A stretch of DNA of 35,666 nucleotides, taken from contig QMRZ01000001.1 of the NCBI GenBank assembly GCA_003649495.1, positions 1-35,666 on the forward strand, in the 5' to 3' direction. Positions 8,418-17,650 of the stretch are shown piece after piece. This DNA comes from Thermoprotei archaeon. GTDB lineage: Archaea; Thermoproteota; Thermoprotei; Thermofilales; Thermofilaceae. Each line of letters begins with the position of its first letter. Positions within the stretch are counted from its first letter, which is position 1. Below the pieces are notes generated by a model, which had not been told where the DNA came from, made no database searches, and saw only the letters and a list, made by a program, of their open reading frames with translations. The translations under genes and the position numbers were made by a program.

Positions 8418-8930
8418 TCACCAGGGCCTATCCTTAAGGCCTAACCTGAAGGCGAGGTAGTTCGTGGCTAGGTGTATGGGGGGAGTGAGGAGGAGGAGCA
8501 AGGTTACCGTTAGGGGGCTTAAATCCCCGTACGTCAGCTGGTAGCTTGCCAGCGCTACCACGAGGAATGAGAGCTGGTCCAGCAGGGGCGCTGGGTCACC
8601 ACGCCTTAGCCCTAGCCTCCTCTTGAGAAACGAGCCTAGCGCATCGCCCACCATTGAGCCCATAGAGAGCGTGAAGGCTCTGCTCACATCGCTTAGGCCT
8701 AGAGGGCTCAGCAGCCATCCCATCAGCGTGCCCGCGAGCACTCCTGACACGAAGCCTTCCACGCTCTTGCCATCGCCCAATAGTCTGTGCCCATCCGGGA
8801 GCTTCAGGCCGAAGTCGAGGGGATGGGTACGCCCCAGTAGCTTGGCCACGAGTACTGGAGTCGCATTGGCTATGTAGCAGGGCAGCGCTATAGCCGCCAG
8901 GGACTCGGCCAGCTCCATGGTGAGGCCCAT
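8418..8930 (-). CDS. carS: CDP-archaeol synthase (DUF46)
   Basis: ANATPV, PLDFG, DGHRLLGDGKSVEG, GDALGSFLKRRLG and PLLDQL motifs. Confidence 0.93.
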   Translation of the reverse strand: MGLTMELAESLAAIALPCYIANATPVLVAKLLGRTHPLDFGLKLPDGHRLLGDGKSVEGFVSGVLAGTLMGWLLSPLGLSDVSRAFTLSMGSMVGDALGSFLKRRLGLRRGDPAPLLDQLSFLVVALASYQLTYGDLSPLTVTLLLLLTPPIHLATNYLAFRLGLKDRPW

Positions 8931-9006
8931 CGCTTAGGGGAGGATCGCTAGATTAAGCGTTTTCGTGCTAAAGCGATTAATAGGCGGCGTGCGACTGTAT
9001 CGCGGG

Positions 9007-9324
9007 ATGGCAGACGCCTTTGTGGAGTTCCTCAGAAGGGAGGCTTCGAGGACTAAGGTGAGGAGGATAGGGTCAGCGCTTTATATAATCGAGGGAGAGA
9101 GGACTGAGAGGAGGTACAGGCTGCCCACGGACTTCATTGACGCGATACTGCTTAGGCGAGAGCCTGGCGAGCACGTAGTTGTTGAGAAGGGCCTCATAAG
9201 GGAGCTGAGGTATCGCATAGATGAGCTAGAGTCAGAGGTGAAGAGGCTTCGGCTTAGGAGTAGGGTGCTGGAGGCCCTCCTGGCAACATGTATCGTAGCC
9301 CTTATTCTCAGCCTGTTTAGGTAG
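9007..9324 (+). CDS. Hypothetical coiled-coil protein with C-terminal membrane anchor
   Basis: Heptad segment IRELRYRIDELESEVKRLRL, then a hydrophobic tail. ATG 9007 lies about 25 nt after ATTAATAG. Confidence 0.7.
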   Translation: MADAFVEFLRREASRTKVRRIGSALYIIEGERTERRYRLPTDFIDAILLRREPGEHVVVEKGLIRELRYRIDELESEVKRLRLRSRVLEALLATCIVALILSLFR

Positions 9325-9369
9325 CTGGCGCGGCGGCTTTTAATAGCACTGCTCGCTTATCGTGATGGA

Positions 9370-10581
9370 GTGAAGGGGTTAAAGGCGTACGTCAAGCGGC
9401 TGGAGGACGAGGTCAAGCGGAGGTTTGTGGGGAACGAGGAGGCTGTACACGTGTTGACGCTCAACCTACTCCACGAGAGGTCAACAGCTCTCATTAGGGC
9501 TCCGAGGGGGAGGGGTAAGTCCACGCTAATGCTGTTATTCCTGAGGGGGATCTTTGGTGACGACTTCGTCGTCATCTCAGGGGCCTCTGAGATAAAGAGA
9601 GGCGAGGTGATAGCTAGGCTTCACATCCCCTCCCTTGAGAGGGAGGGCGTGGAGAGGGTGATATGGTCTGCCTTTGTAAAAGCACCGGGGAAGGGCATAG
9701 ACGAGGTAAATAGGCTGAATCCCTATACCGCGTCTAACATCTATCACCTACTCCAGTTCGGTGAAGTGTGGGCATATGGGCAACGCTACGTAGTGGGTGA
9801 CTTCGTGTTATTTGCTAATGAGAATCCGGGTGATCCCACTACGTTCACCCACCCGCCTCCTTTCTATGACAGGTTTGATGTCTCCGTCCAACTCTCCGCG
9901 CTTAGCCTGAGTGAGAAGTTCAGGCTCCAGAAGCTGACTGAGAGCTATGGCTCTATCGTGGAATCAATGCCACAGGTAATTGACTTTGATACGCTGAGGG
10001 AGGCGAGGAGGGAGGTGGCAGAGGTGGAGGTCGATGTGGACCTTCGCGCGCTCATGAATGTGCTAGTGAGGGATTTACAGGCCTGTGTCAGAAACAGGGA
10101 CATAAGCCGCGTGAGACCTCCTGCCCTCTGCGAGGGTTGTCACTTCGTACATGGAGTTTGCAGCATGGTTAGGGAGGGGCCGAGTGAGCGCGCAACTCTC
10201 GTACTCCTCAACCTGGCAAAGGCTAAGGAGTGGCTGGACGGGAGCGTAACTGAGGACGACATCTATAGGCTGGCGGTCTACGCCCTGGCTCACAGGATGG
10301 AACTAGTCAGGCATGATAGGGGGGTGGAGGAGCTCGAGAGAGTGCTGAGAAGACAGAGAGAGTTGAACGAGGAGAGGAGGGCTAGGAGGCAGTGGGCTAT
10401 TCTCGAGAGGCTGTACCGAGGATTCAGCAGGGACCTCTACAAGCTGGCGAAGGAGATAGCTGTTGAGGACCTGGTGTTCGCAGAGGAGCTTATGAAGCTT
10501 GAGGAGGAGTGGCTGGCCAAGGGGCTCGTAAGGCCGGAGGAGACTATAAGGCAGAGGCTGATGCTGGATGGTGAGCTTTGA
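9370..10581 (+). CDS. MoxR/chelatase-clade AAA+ ATPase with Cys-rich insert
   Basis: FVGNEE, Walker A APRGRGKS, Walker B IDEVNR, ANENP, arginine finger DRF and sensor II SERA. TTTTAATA about 25 nt upstream. Confidence 0.85.
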   Translation: MKGLKAYVKRLEDEVKRRFVGNEEAVHVLTLNLLHERSTALIRAPRGRGKSTLMLLFLRGIFGDDFVVISGASEIKRGEVIARLHIPSLEREGVERVIWSAFVKAPGKGIDEVNRLNPYTASNIYHLLQFGEVWAYGQRYVVGDFVLFANENPGDPTTFTHPPPFYDRFDVSVQLSALSLSEKFRLQKLTESYGSIVESMPQVIDFDTLREARREVAEVEVDVDLRALMNVLVRDLQACVRNRDISRVRPPALCEGCHFVHGVCSMVREGPSERATLVLLNLAKAKEWLDGSVTEDDIYRLAVYALAHRMELVRHDRGVEELERVLRRQRELNEERRARRQWAILERLYRGFSRDLYKLAKEIAVEDLVFAEELMKLEEEWLAKGLVRPEETIRQRLMLDGEL

Positions 10582-12268
10582 CGAGGTAACAGAGCTCTTC
10601 AATAGGGCTCGCGCCGAGATGTTCCTCCCACCAATGGACGTCAGAGTGGAGGCGTGGGAGGGACGGGTAGAGGTTAGCGTAAGGGGCAGAGTCGCCCAGG
10701 TCCGGGTGCCTAGGCGCTTACTGGGGGATCCGGAGGGCGGTCCGTTACTGCTCTGGTACTTCAGGCACCACTTGGCTCACATGCATTACTGTCCCTACAA
10801 CCTGAGAACTGTGCAGACCCTCGCCAGGGCAGCTTATGAGGAAGTCAGGAGCTGGAGGCATGCTCACAACGCTGTCAGGTTATTCTCCGATCTGCAGGTG
10901 GACCTCCTCTACCTGCCCCTGAGGTACAAGCGTCCGCCACTCCACATCTCGGATGAGTTCTACTCGAGGCCCAGGGGGCTGGATGCGCTGCGCTACGCTG
11001 CCTATCGACATGTGTACGGGGACATGCTCAGGGGGCATAGGCTGGACAAGGATACCTTGTTCTACGGGTCCCTACTTGCCGAGGTCATACTGAGCTCCAG
11101 GCCATGGGTGGCTAAGGTGAAGGCCGTCGCTACAGTGCTCAGGAGATTGCAGGACCTGGGTAGGGTGAAGGAGTTGAGGAAGCGCGCTGGCAGCGACGTG
11201 CCTCTCTCTGAGGACTTGGAGATAGACTTCCTCAGGGAGGCTAGGAGAGCGATGAGAGGGATAAGGAGCGAGGAGGAGGCTAGGGAGATGTTCGAGCACT
11301 GGCTCAGAGGGAGGGTGGACGTGGAGGAGCTGAAGGAAGAGTTAAAGAAGGCGATCAGGGGAGCGCGGAGGGGGCGGGAGGAGAAGGTTGAGGCACCCAC
11401 TCCTGGCCGCGGGAGGGAGGGTGAGGAGCCCGAGCTGCCATCCACGCTCTCTAAGCCGCTGACTAAGTTGGGCGATCTTGAGGAGGCTATCTGGAGGGCG
11501 CTATGGTATAGAGCTCGCGCCGAGGAGTTCATAATAAGGTACGGCGGGAGGCGCAGGAGGGGTACTTGGGCCATATACGCGTACCCCGACTTGTGGATGG
11601 TTGAGGATGATATAGAGGACTTAGATGTGGAGTCGAGTCTGGAGGAGGGCCCGCTAATCCCGGAGGAGACGACGCTGAAGCCTATTAACCTACCCTCCCC
11701 CTCAGGCGAGGTGATAGTACAGGAGAGAGCGCCCACAGTATTGGTGGTGCTGGACACTAGCAAGAGCATGTTGAGGGCTGTCGAGGACGCAGCGATCGCC
11801 GCCTTTACAGCTTATTTAAGCGCTAAGCGTGCTGGCGGCAGGACGGCCGTGATAAACTTCTCGACTAAGTACCTGGCAGTTGGGTGGGGCGAGCCGGACA
11901 TTAGGAAGGAGCTAGCCCTGGCCTTCGCTCAAGGTGAGCTCACGATACTCCCCCTAGGGGGCATTAAGCGGCTGATAAGCGAACTGGAGCCAGGCGAGGA
12001 GGTGATGATAATAATAGTTACTGACTGTGGATGGCAGAACTTGAGGGAGGCGCTGGGATTCCTCGAGGATCTAGCCTCTAGGGGGCATCGCGTAGTGGTC
12101 CTCCACATTGAGGGGTGGAAGTATCCTAAGAGCGTTGAGGCGGTAGCGAGGAGTAGGAGGCTCACCCTTTATAGAGTTAAGGAGCCTTCAATGCTCAAGT
12201 ACCTGACGCTAACTGAAACGCTGGGGGAGAGACAGCCTTTTAAGACTTGGCAAGCGCGTTCTCGATAG
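10568..12268 (+). CDS. vWA-domain protein with N-terminal metallopeptidase-like domain
   Basis: MIDAS motif VVLDTSKSM, INFS and IIIVTD. N-terminal RHHLAHMHYCP. Overlaps the AAA gene stop. Confidence 0.85.
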   Translation: MVSFDEVTELFNRARAEMFLPPMDVRVEAWEGRVEVSVRGRVAQVRVPRRLLGDPEGGPLLLWYFRHHLAHMHYCPYNLRTVQTLARAAYEEVRSWRHAHNAVRLFSDLQVDLLYLPLRYKRPPLHISDEFYSRPRGLDALRYAAYRHVYGDMLRGHRLDKDTLFYGSLLAEVILSSRPWVAKVKAVATVLRRLQDLGRVKELRKRAGSDVPLSEDLEIDFLREARRAMRGIRSEEEAREMFEHWLRGRVDVEELKEELKKAIRGARRGREEKVEAPTPGRGREGEEPELPSTLSKPLTKLGDLEEAIWRALWYRARAEEFIIRYGGRRRRGTWAIYAYPDLWMVEDDIEDLDVESSLEEGPLIPEETTLKPINLPSPSGEVIVQERAPTVLVVLDTSKSMLRAVEDAAIAAFTAYLSAKRAGGRTAVINFSTKYLAVGWGEPDIRKELALAFAQGELTILPLGGIKRLISELEPGEEVMIIIVTDCGWQNLREALGFLEDLASRGHRVVVLHIEGWKYPKSVEAVARSRRLTLYRVKEPSMLKYLTLTETLGERQPFKTWQARSR

Positions 12269-12321
12269 CCGATGAGGGACCTTCAGTGGGCTGAGCGGTG
12301 ACGAGTACCCGGCAAGGCCGA
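12269..12321 (+). ncRNA. Box C/D sRNA, D guide complementary to 23S rRNA
   Basis: [CCGATGA]-GGGACCTTCAGTGGG-[CTGA]-GCG-[GTGACGA]-GTACCCGGCAAGG-[CCGA]. TACCCGGCAAGG is antisense to CCUUGCCGGGUA, recalled as a conserved crenarchaeal 23S stretch. Confidence 0.82.
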
Positions 12322-15009
12322 GGTGAGGGTAACTGGTGTAGCGCGCTCAACTACTGAGCCGGTAGCAGTCTTCCTGACTCGTAACACCACGTCAGCCGCC
12401 TCCTCAAGCTCGCTATCATGTGTAACCAGCACTAGTTGGGGGAACTCATTCCCCTTAGCTCCGAAGAGCCTCCTTATAGCGGTCACCAGCCTCCTCCTCC
12501 TAACATCGTCTAGATGCACTGTAGGCTCGTCGAGCAGCATTACGCCTACCCGCCCTCCTGAGAGGGCTTTGGCTATGGCGAGTCTCAGCGCTAGGGCTAG
12601 CGCCACCTTCTCGCCTCCACTGACGGTGTCCACAGACCTAGCGCCCTCACTGTCCACCACTAACACCTCATAATCGTCGTTCAGCTTCACATCAAGCAGG
12701 TCTAGCTCGAACAGCGATGCGAAGGCACGCAAGTGTCTCTCTACCAGAGGCCTAGCCCTCGCTCTAAGTTCCCTCTGAAGCCCATCCTTGCTTATCAACA
12801 CTCTAATCCTTCTCAGGAGTTCTATGAAGCGCTCCAGCTCCCGCACCCTAGCTCTCCTCGACTCAAGCTCCCTCAGCTCCTTCTTCAGCCTCTCCACCTC
12901 CCCTCTGATGTTCTTTAAACGTTCGTAGAGGAGCTCTAGCTCACGCTTAGCGGCCTGAGCCCTCCCTATAAGCTCGCTCTTTCTCTCCTCTAGCTCACTG
13001 ACCTCCTCCTCCAGTTTCCCAAGCCTCTCACGCTCCTTCTCGAGCGATGCTAGCTGGCTTTTAGCTTCACGCAGCTTCTCCTCGAGCTCCGCCAAGGCTC
13101 CTCTAAGCTCGTTTACGCTCGAGGCAATGCGCCTCAGCAACTCCACCTTGCCCTTAGCCTCCCTCACGAGCTTCACAGCCTCCTCTGGATCTCCAAACTT
13201 GCCTAGCACGCTGGCCAGCTCGCGCCTCCTCTCCTCAAGTGCCGTCACCCTGCTCCTGAAGGCTTTTAACCTCTCCTCAAGCTCCTTTACTCGCTTAGCG
13301 TGCTCAGCGAGCCTGGCCCACTCTATCCTGAGCTCCTCAAGCTCCCTAAGCCTACGCTCTATAGCGTGGCGCGAGGGCTCTGTGACCCCTAGGGCCTGGA
13401 GCTCTGGGGTGAGCCTCCTCAGCTCCTCCACGAGCCCAGCTCTCTCCCGCGAGATGCGCTCTATCTTCTCAGCGAGCACGCGCATCTTAGCTGGATCGAG
13501 CCTGGAGGCAGTCTTCATCTTGGCCTCAACCCCTTCTAGCTCTCGACTCAGCTCCTCCTCCTTCTCGTTAAGTGCCCTGGCGCGTAGGTGTAGCTCCTCT
13601 AGGCTCTCACTGTAGAGCCTCAGGAGCGCCTCCTTTCTCTCTACAGGGAGGGGAGATCCGCATAGCGGGCATCTATCACCAGCTTTCTCGAGCTCCGCTC
13701 TCCACCTCTCCAGCTGAGCTATTAAGGCGTCCACCCTCCTTGCCTCGCTCCTCAAAGCCTCTAGCTTGCGCCTAAGCTCCTCCCCTCTCCTCTCGAGCTC
13801 CTCCTGTAGAGCAGATACCTCGTCGGCAGCCTCCTTGAGGTTGACTCGCCTCCCTACTACAAGGCTGCACTCCTCAAGAAGGGCCTTAGCTTGCTCCTCA
13901 AGGCTTTTAAGCTCAGTCGCCTTAGCTGTGTACTGAAGGGTTAGCTCCTCGAACTTCCTCTTCACTTGTAAAAGCCTTCGGTAGGCCTCATCGACCCATG
14001 AGAGCTTTAAGGCTCTCTCAGAAGCTTCCCTAGCCCTCCTCAGCTCAAGCTCGAGCTCCTCAACCCGCTGTAGCTCTACCTCAAGGCTGCTCATTAAGCT
14101 CGCGTACTCCTCTGCCACGCGCTCCAGCTTGAGTAGGTCCTCAACTACCGCTAGCTCCCTCTTAGCGGCCTGCGCCTGAGAGAGTAGTTCGCTGAGCTCC
14201 CTCCGCTTAGCCTCTAGGCTCTGGACCCGCTCGGAGAGTATGGCTGCCCTCCTCTTAATCTCCTCAAGCTTCCTAACCGCCTCCATGCGGCTCTTAAGCT
14301 TCTCTCCAACCTCCTTGAGCTCTCTGAGCGTACGCTGATACGAGCGTTCAACCTCGGCTATCTTACGCTTAATCTCCCTTTCCTCATAGGCCAGGCGCTC
14401 CAGCTCCTCCCTAACTCTCTCAGCGCCAGCCAGCTCCGCCCTCTCCCTCTCCAACTTTAGCTCGAACTGCTTTATCAGGAGGGCCATGGCGCTATACGCC
14501 TTCTCGAGCTCCTCCACACCCAGGAGCTTGGATATCAGCTGTTTCCTCTGGTAAGGGTCGACGTCTAGGAGGCGCGATATCTCGCCCTGCCTCACGTATA
14601 CTGCTGTCAGGAACATCTGCCTGTCCATCCCCAGAATCCTCCTAACCTCTCTATCGACTTGTGTAGGGGAGTAGGCCAGTAGCTTCCTGCTATCCCCATC
14701 TAGGGCGTAGAGCCTGGCGTCGCTAACTGCCCTCCCCCTGGCTCTACGTCTTATCTCCCTCTCCACCAGGAATCTGCGACCGCTTACCTCAAACTCTAGC
14801 CTAACTAATGCCCGGGACGCGCCACGCCTGATGAGTGAGTGTAGGCCGCCTCTGCCAGCCTCCCTGTACAGGGCGAAGCATATTGCGTCCAGTAGCGAGC
14901 TTTTGCCAGCTCCATTCTCCCCGACAATGGCTATAGAGCCCTCGGGAAATTCTATGTGTGTCCTCCTGTATGATAGGAAATCCTCCAGCTCGAGGCGCCT
15001 GATGATCAT
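12283..15009 (-). CDS. rad50: DNA double-strand break repair ATPase Rad50
   Basis: GENGAGKSS, Q-loop RQGEI, coiled coils, zinc hook CPLC, signature SGGE, LLDEPT and VTH. ATG 15009 overlaps the mre11 stop. Confidence 0.96.
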   Translation of the reverse strand: MIIRRLELEDFLSYRRTHIEFPEGSIAIVGENGAGKSSLLDAICFALYREAGRGGLHSLIRRGASRALVRLEFEVSGRRFLVEREIRRRARGRAVSDARLYALDGDSRKLLAYSPTQVDREVRRILGMDRQMFLTAVYVRQGEISRLLDVDPYQRKQLISKLLGVEELEKAYSAMALLIKQFELKLERERAELAGAERVREELERLAYEEREIKRKIAEVERSYQRTLRELKEVGEKLKSRMEAVRKLEEIKRRAAILSERVQSLEAKRRELSELLSQAQAAKRELAVVEDLLKLERVAEEYASLMSSLEVELQRVEELELELRRAREASERALKLSWVDEAYRRLLQVKRKFEELTLQYTAKATELKSLEEQAKALLEECSLVVGRRVNLKEAADEVSALQEELERRGEELRRKLEALRSEARRVDALIAQLERWRAELEKAGDRCPLCGSPLPVERKEALLRLYSESLEELHLRARALNEKEEELSRELEGVEAKMKTASRLDPAKMRVLAEKIERISRERAGLVEELRRLTPELQALGVTEPSRHAIERRLRELEELRIEWARLAEHAKRVKELEERLKAFRSRVTALEERRRELASVLGKFGDPEEAVKLVREAKGKVELLRRIASSVNELRGALAELEEKLREAKSQLASLEKERERLGKLEEEVSELEERKSELIGRAQAAKRELELLYERLKNIRGEVERLKKELRELESRRARVRELERFIELLRRIRVLISKDGLQRELRARARPLVERHLRAFASLFELDLLDVKLNDDYEVLVVDSEGARSVDTVSGGEKVALALALRLAIAKALSGGRVGVMLLDEPTVHLDDVRRRRLVTAIRRLFGAKGNEFPQLVLVTHDSELEEAADVVLRVRKTATGSVVERATPVTLTSALPGTRHRSAH

Positions 15010-16148
15010 AGCTTCCACCTCTTCCAGACACCCTCCTCGAATACCCTCTCGGCCTCCTTCACTGCCTCCTTAAAGCTCTCTTCATCACCTCTGCTTAGAA
15101 GCTCCACCAGTGTCCGAACGAAGGAGTACAGCGAGGGATCCTTGAGTCTTTCTCTCAAGAGGTCGTCGATGGATAAGCTCTCGATGGTCTCCACAGTCTC
15201 GCTCTCACCTTCTTCGATAAGGTGAATACGCACGTGTAGCGAGTAACTGGCCAGCGCTCTGGCGAGGAGCTTCTCGACACGCCCCCTCTCCACTCCGCTC
15301 CCCCTTACTTTGAGGTGTACTAATGGCTTTCTGCCGCTAAGCCTCCTCACCTCAGCTAGTATGTGAGCTCTCTGCCTCTCAAGATCCTCATACCTAACCT
15401 CGTACACCAGCTGAGGCCTCACCGACTCGAGCTTAATGAAGTGGAGTATGGGCTCATCCCCGGATAGATCGACTATGTAAAAGCCCCTCTCACTGCTCCT
15501 AATTACCTCTTGGACGTCAAGGTACTCTATTGAGCCAGGATAAGCCACGACCAGCCCCTCACGCTTAATGACGTAGGGATGGTGGAGGTGGCCCATGGCG
15601 TAGTAGTGGAAGCCGCGCGGCAGCTCACTTAAGCTGAGTTCGCTTATCATGGGGTGGGCCTCTCTGAGCGCCTGGTGCAGGAGTAAGATCCTCTTCCCAC
15701 TTCTCCTGGCGGCCTCAGCCTCGATCTTCGCTAACCGTCTCAGGAGGTCGCCCCTGAAGGTGGCTGGGATATATTCCAGCCCAGCTATGCAGAGCCCGTC
15801 TGCCTCTACGACGGGCTGGTTGCGGCTCAGCATCACGAGCCCTAGGTAGTCGAAGAGCACTAAGGGAGTTAACCCTCGCCTCCTAAGCATGTCGTGGCCG
15901 CCTGGGACGGCGTAGAACTTGACGCCAGCGCCATGCAGCTTCTTGAGTTCTTCCTGGAAGACCTTGAGTGCCCTTATTGGGGGCCGTGGGCTGTGAAACA
16001 CATCACCGCTGTGCAGCACAATTCTCACGTGTTCCTCAAGTATCCTGTCTACCGCCTCTCTGAAGCACTCGTATACGTCCAGCTCCCGTTCCTCAAGGCC
16101 GTACTGGGACGCCCCCAGGTGGGTATCGGCTAGGTGTGCGATTAGCAT
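15006..16148 (-). CDS. mre11: Mre11 nuclease
   Basis: HLADTHLG, HSGDVFH, PGGHD, LLHQ, MGHLH and YPGS phosphoesterase motifs. Lies between herA and rad50. Confidence 0.95.
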   Translation of the reverse strand: MLIAHLADTHLGASQYGLEERELDVYECFREAVDRILEEHVRIVLHSGDVFHSPRPPIRALKVFQEELKKLHGAGVKFYAVPGGHDMLRRRGLTPLVLFDYLGLVMLSRNQPVVEADGLCIAGLEYIPATFRGDLLRRLAKIEAEAARRSGKRILLLHQALREAHPMISELSLSELPRGFHYYAMGHLHHPYVIKREGLVVAYPGSIEYLDVQEVIRSSERGFYIVDLSGDEPILHFIKLESVRPQLVYEVRYEDLERQRAHILAEVRRLSGRKPLVHLKVRGSGVERGRVEKLLARALASYSLHVRIHLIEEGESETVETIESLSIDDLLRERLKDPSLYSFVRTLVELLSRGDEESFKEAVKEAERVFEEGVWKRWKL

Positions 16149-16150
16149 GG

Positions 16151-17650
16151 TTACCACCCTTCTCTCAAGTAGTCCAATTCTGGCTCTGGGTTTAGCGCCT
16201 TAGCCCACTCCGCGAGCACATCCAGGTCTTCGCCGAGCCTCCTTCCCCTGAATCTGTCTATCTTAACGAGGGCGGGCACCTTGATCATGGGGCCTATGAC
16301 TACGGCCTCTCCCACGTTGAGTGATGAGAGCTGCTCGAGCAGGTCCTCGCTCAGGAGCTCACTGGCCTGCTGCACATACCTCTGATCGCTGGGCTCCACC
16401 AGGCGGAGGATTATCATGTTGTTGGCTTGGGATAGTGCGTCGGAGTCTAAGGCCTTAGGCCTCTGGCTGACTAGGCACAGCCCTATCCCGAACTTGCGCC
16501 CTTCCCTAGCTATCCTCCCTATCCAGTACTTGGAGAGGGTGTCCCTCCCCCGCGGGGCCAGTATGTGTGCTTCCTCAAGCACCGTGAGCAGGGGGTAGGG
16601 CAAGCCCCCGCCACCCTGGAAGTAGCGCTTCCTAGCCTCCAGCACGCTGCGCAGAGTGTGGCTGACTACCACGTCAGCCATCTCCTCGTCTAGGCGCCCC
16701 AGGTCAATGACGTTCACGGCCCCAACCCTGATCTGGCTGGTGATGGGCGGGGCCAGGGGATCGAGGAGCTCTGAGTACCTCTCCTCAAACGCTTCCATCT
16801 TGTTAAGTACTGCCATTACACTCTCCCTATCCCTCTTGGGTCTTCGCCCCTCTCCCATCTCCTCGAGCATTTCCTCCAGCTTCCTTCTGATGTAGTACAG
16901 GAACTTCTCAGGCGGTATGGCGGAGCTGTAGACCTTATTTCTGGCTTCCCTAAGTGCCTCCCTGAAATATCTCTCCTGGACGTAGGCCTTAGCATCTATG
17001 TTTAACAGCTTGAGTAGCTCAGAGGCATGCATGTACACTGGGTTAAGCTTAGCTGCTACCTGGTTCAGCTTGACTGAGAACTCAGCGGAGGAATACTCGG
17101 AGTGCATGTCGAATATGAGGACGCAGCCTCCCCTCTCAACTATCCTCTCAGCTATCACCGCTACCGTGTTAGACTTGCCAGCGCCCGTGACGGCTAGAAT
17201 CGCCAGGTGCCTGGATACCAGTCTATTGACATCGACGTAGACTGGGATATTGGGCTCTGAGAGGAGGACGCCTATCCTTATCCCCCTGCCGTCATCACCA
17301 AATATCCTGGATAACACCTCCTGGTCGGCTCGGAGGAGCTCAGTGCCCGGGGGCGGAGGGGTACGGGGTAGCTCGAGGGTTTCTACATCCCCCACTATCT
17401 TGACCTCTCCCTTGAGGTAGCTCGTGGAGCTCCTATCCAGCTCCCTAAGCCTCTCAACGATTAGGGGGTCGTGTACGTCCTCTGTTAGCGACACGCTACC
17501 CCTAACTAGCGCCTTGACGAGCCCGAGTACTCGCCGCCCGTCGTACTCTAGTACCACGTATTGCCCCACCCTAGGGGTAGCCTTAGAGATGAAGGTGGCG
17601 CGTGTTATCGTGGCCTCTCCTATTGTGTAGCCTATCACCTCCCGCCCCAT
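16151..17650 (-). CDS. herA: HerA bipolar DNA helicase/translocase
   Basis: N-terminal HAS barrel, RHLAILAVTGAGKS, DMHSEY, EEAH, IAREGRKFG and SQRP. Confidence 0.95.
   Translation of the reverse strand: MGREVIGYTIGEATITRATFISKATPRVGQYVVLEYDGRRVLGLVKALVRGSVSLTEDVHDPLIVERLRELDRSSTSYLKGEVKIVGDVETLELPRTPPPPGTELLRADQEVLSRIFGDDGRGIRIGVLLSEPNIPVYVDVNRLVSRHLAILAVTGAGKSNTVAVIAERIVERGGCVLIFDMHSEYSSAEFSVKLNQVAAKLNPVYMHASELLKLLNIDAKAYVQERYFREALREARNKVYSSAIPPEKFLYYIRRKLEEMLEEMGEGRRPKRDRESVMAVLNKMEAFEERYSELLDPLAPPITSQIRVGAVNVIDLGRLDEEMADVVVSHTLRSVLEARKRYFQGGGGLPYPLLTVLEEAHILAPRGRDTLSKYWIGRIAREGRKFGIGLCLVSQRPKALDSDALSQANNMIILRLVEPSDQRYVQQASELLSEDLLEQLSSLNVGEAVVIGPMIKVPALVKIDRFRGRRLGEDLDVLAEWAKALNPEPELDYLREGW

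Noticed and set aside
11062..11769. Long antisense ORFs (also 13127..13615, 27078..27728 and others)
   Set aside because: Ser/Leu-rich shadow frames of well-supported genes on the opposite strand.
12700..14550. Repetitive CTC/AGC-rich tract suggesting tandem repeats or CRISPR
   Set aside because: Explained by Glu/Leu/Arg codons of the Rad50 coiled coil. No regularly spaced identical repeats were seen in the window.
16151..17650. HerA as a defence-system or Ced/Ted DNA-import ATPase
   Set aside because: It has a HAS barrel, no membrane anchor, and sits in the standard nurA/mre11/rad50 repair operon.
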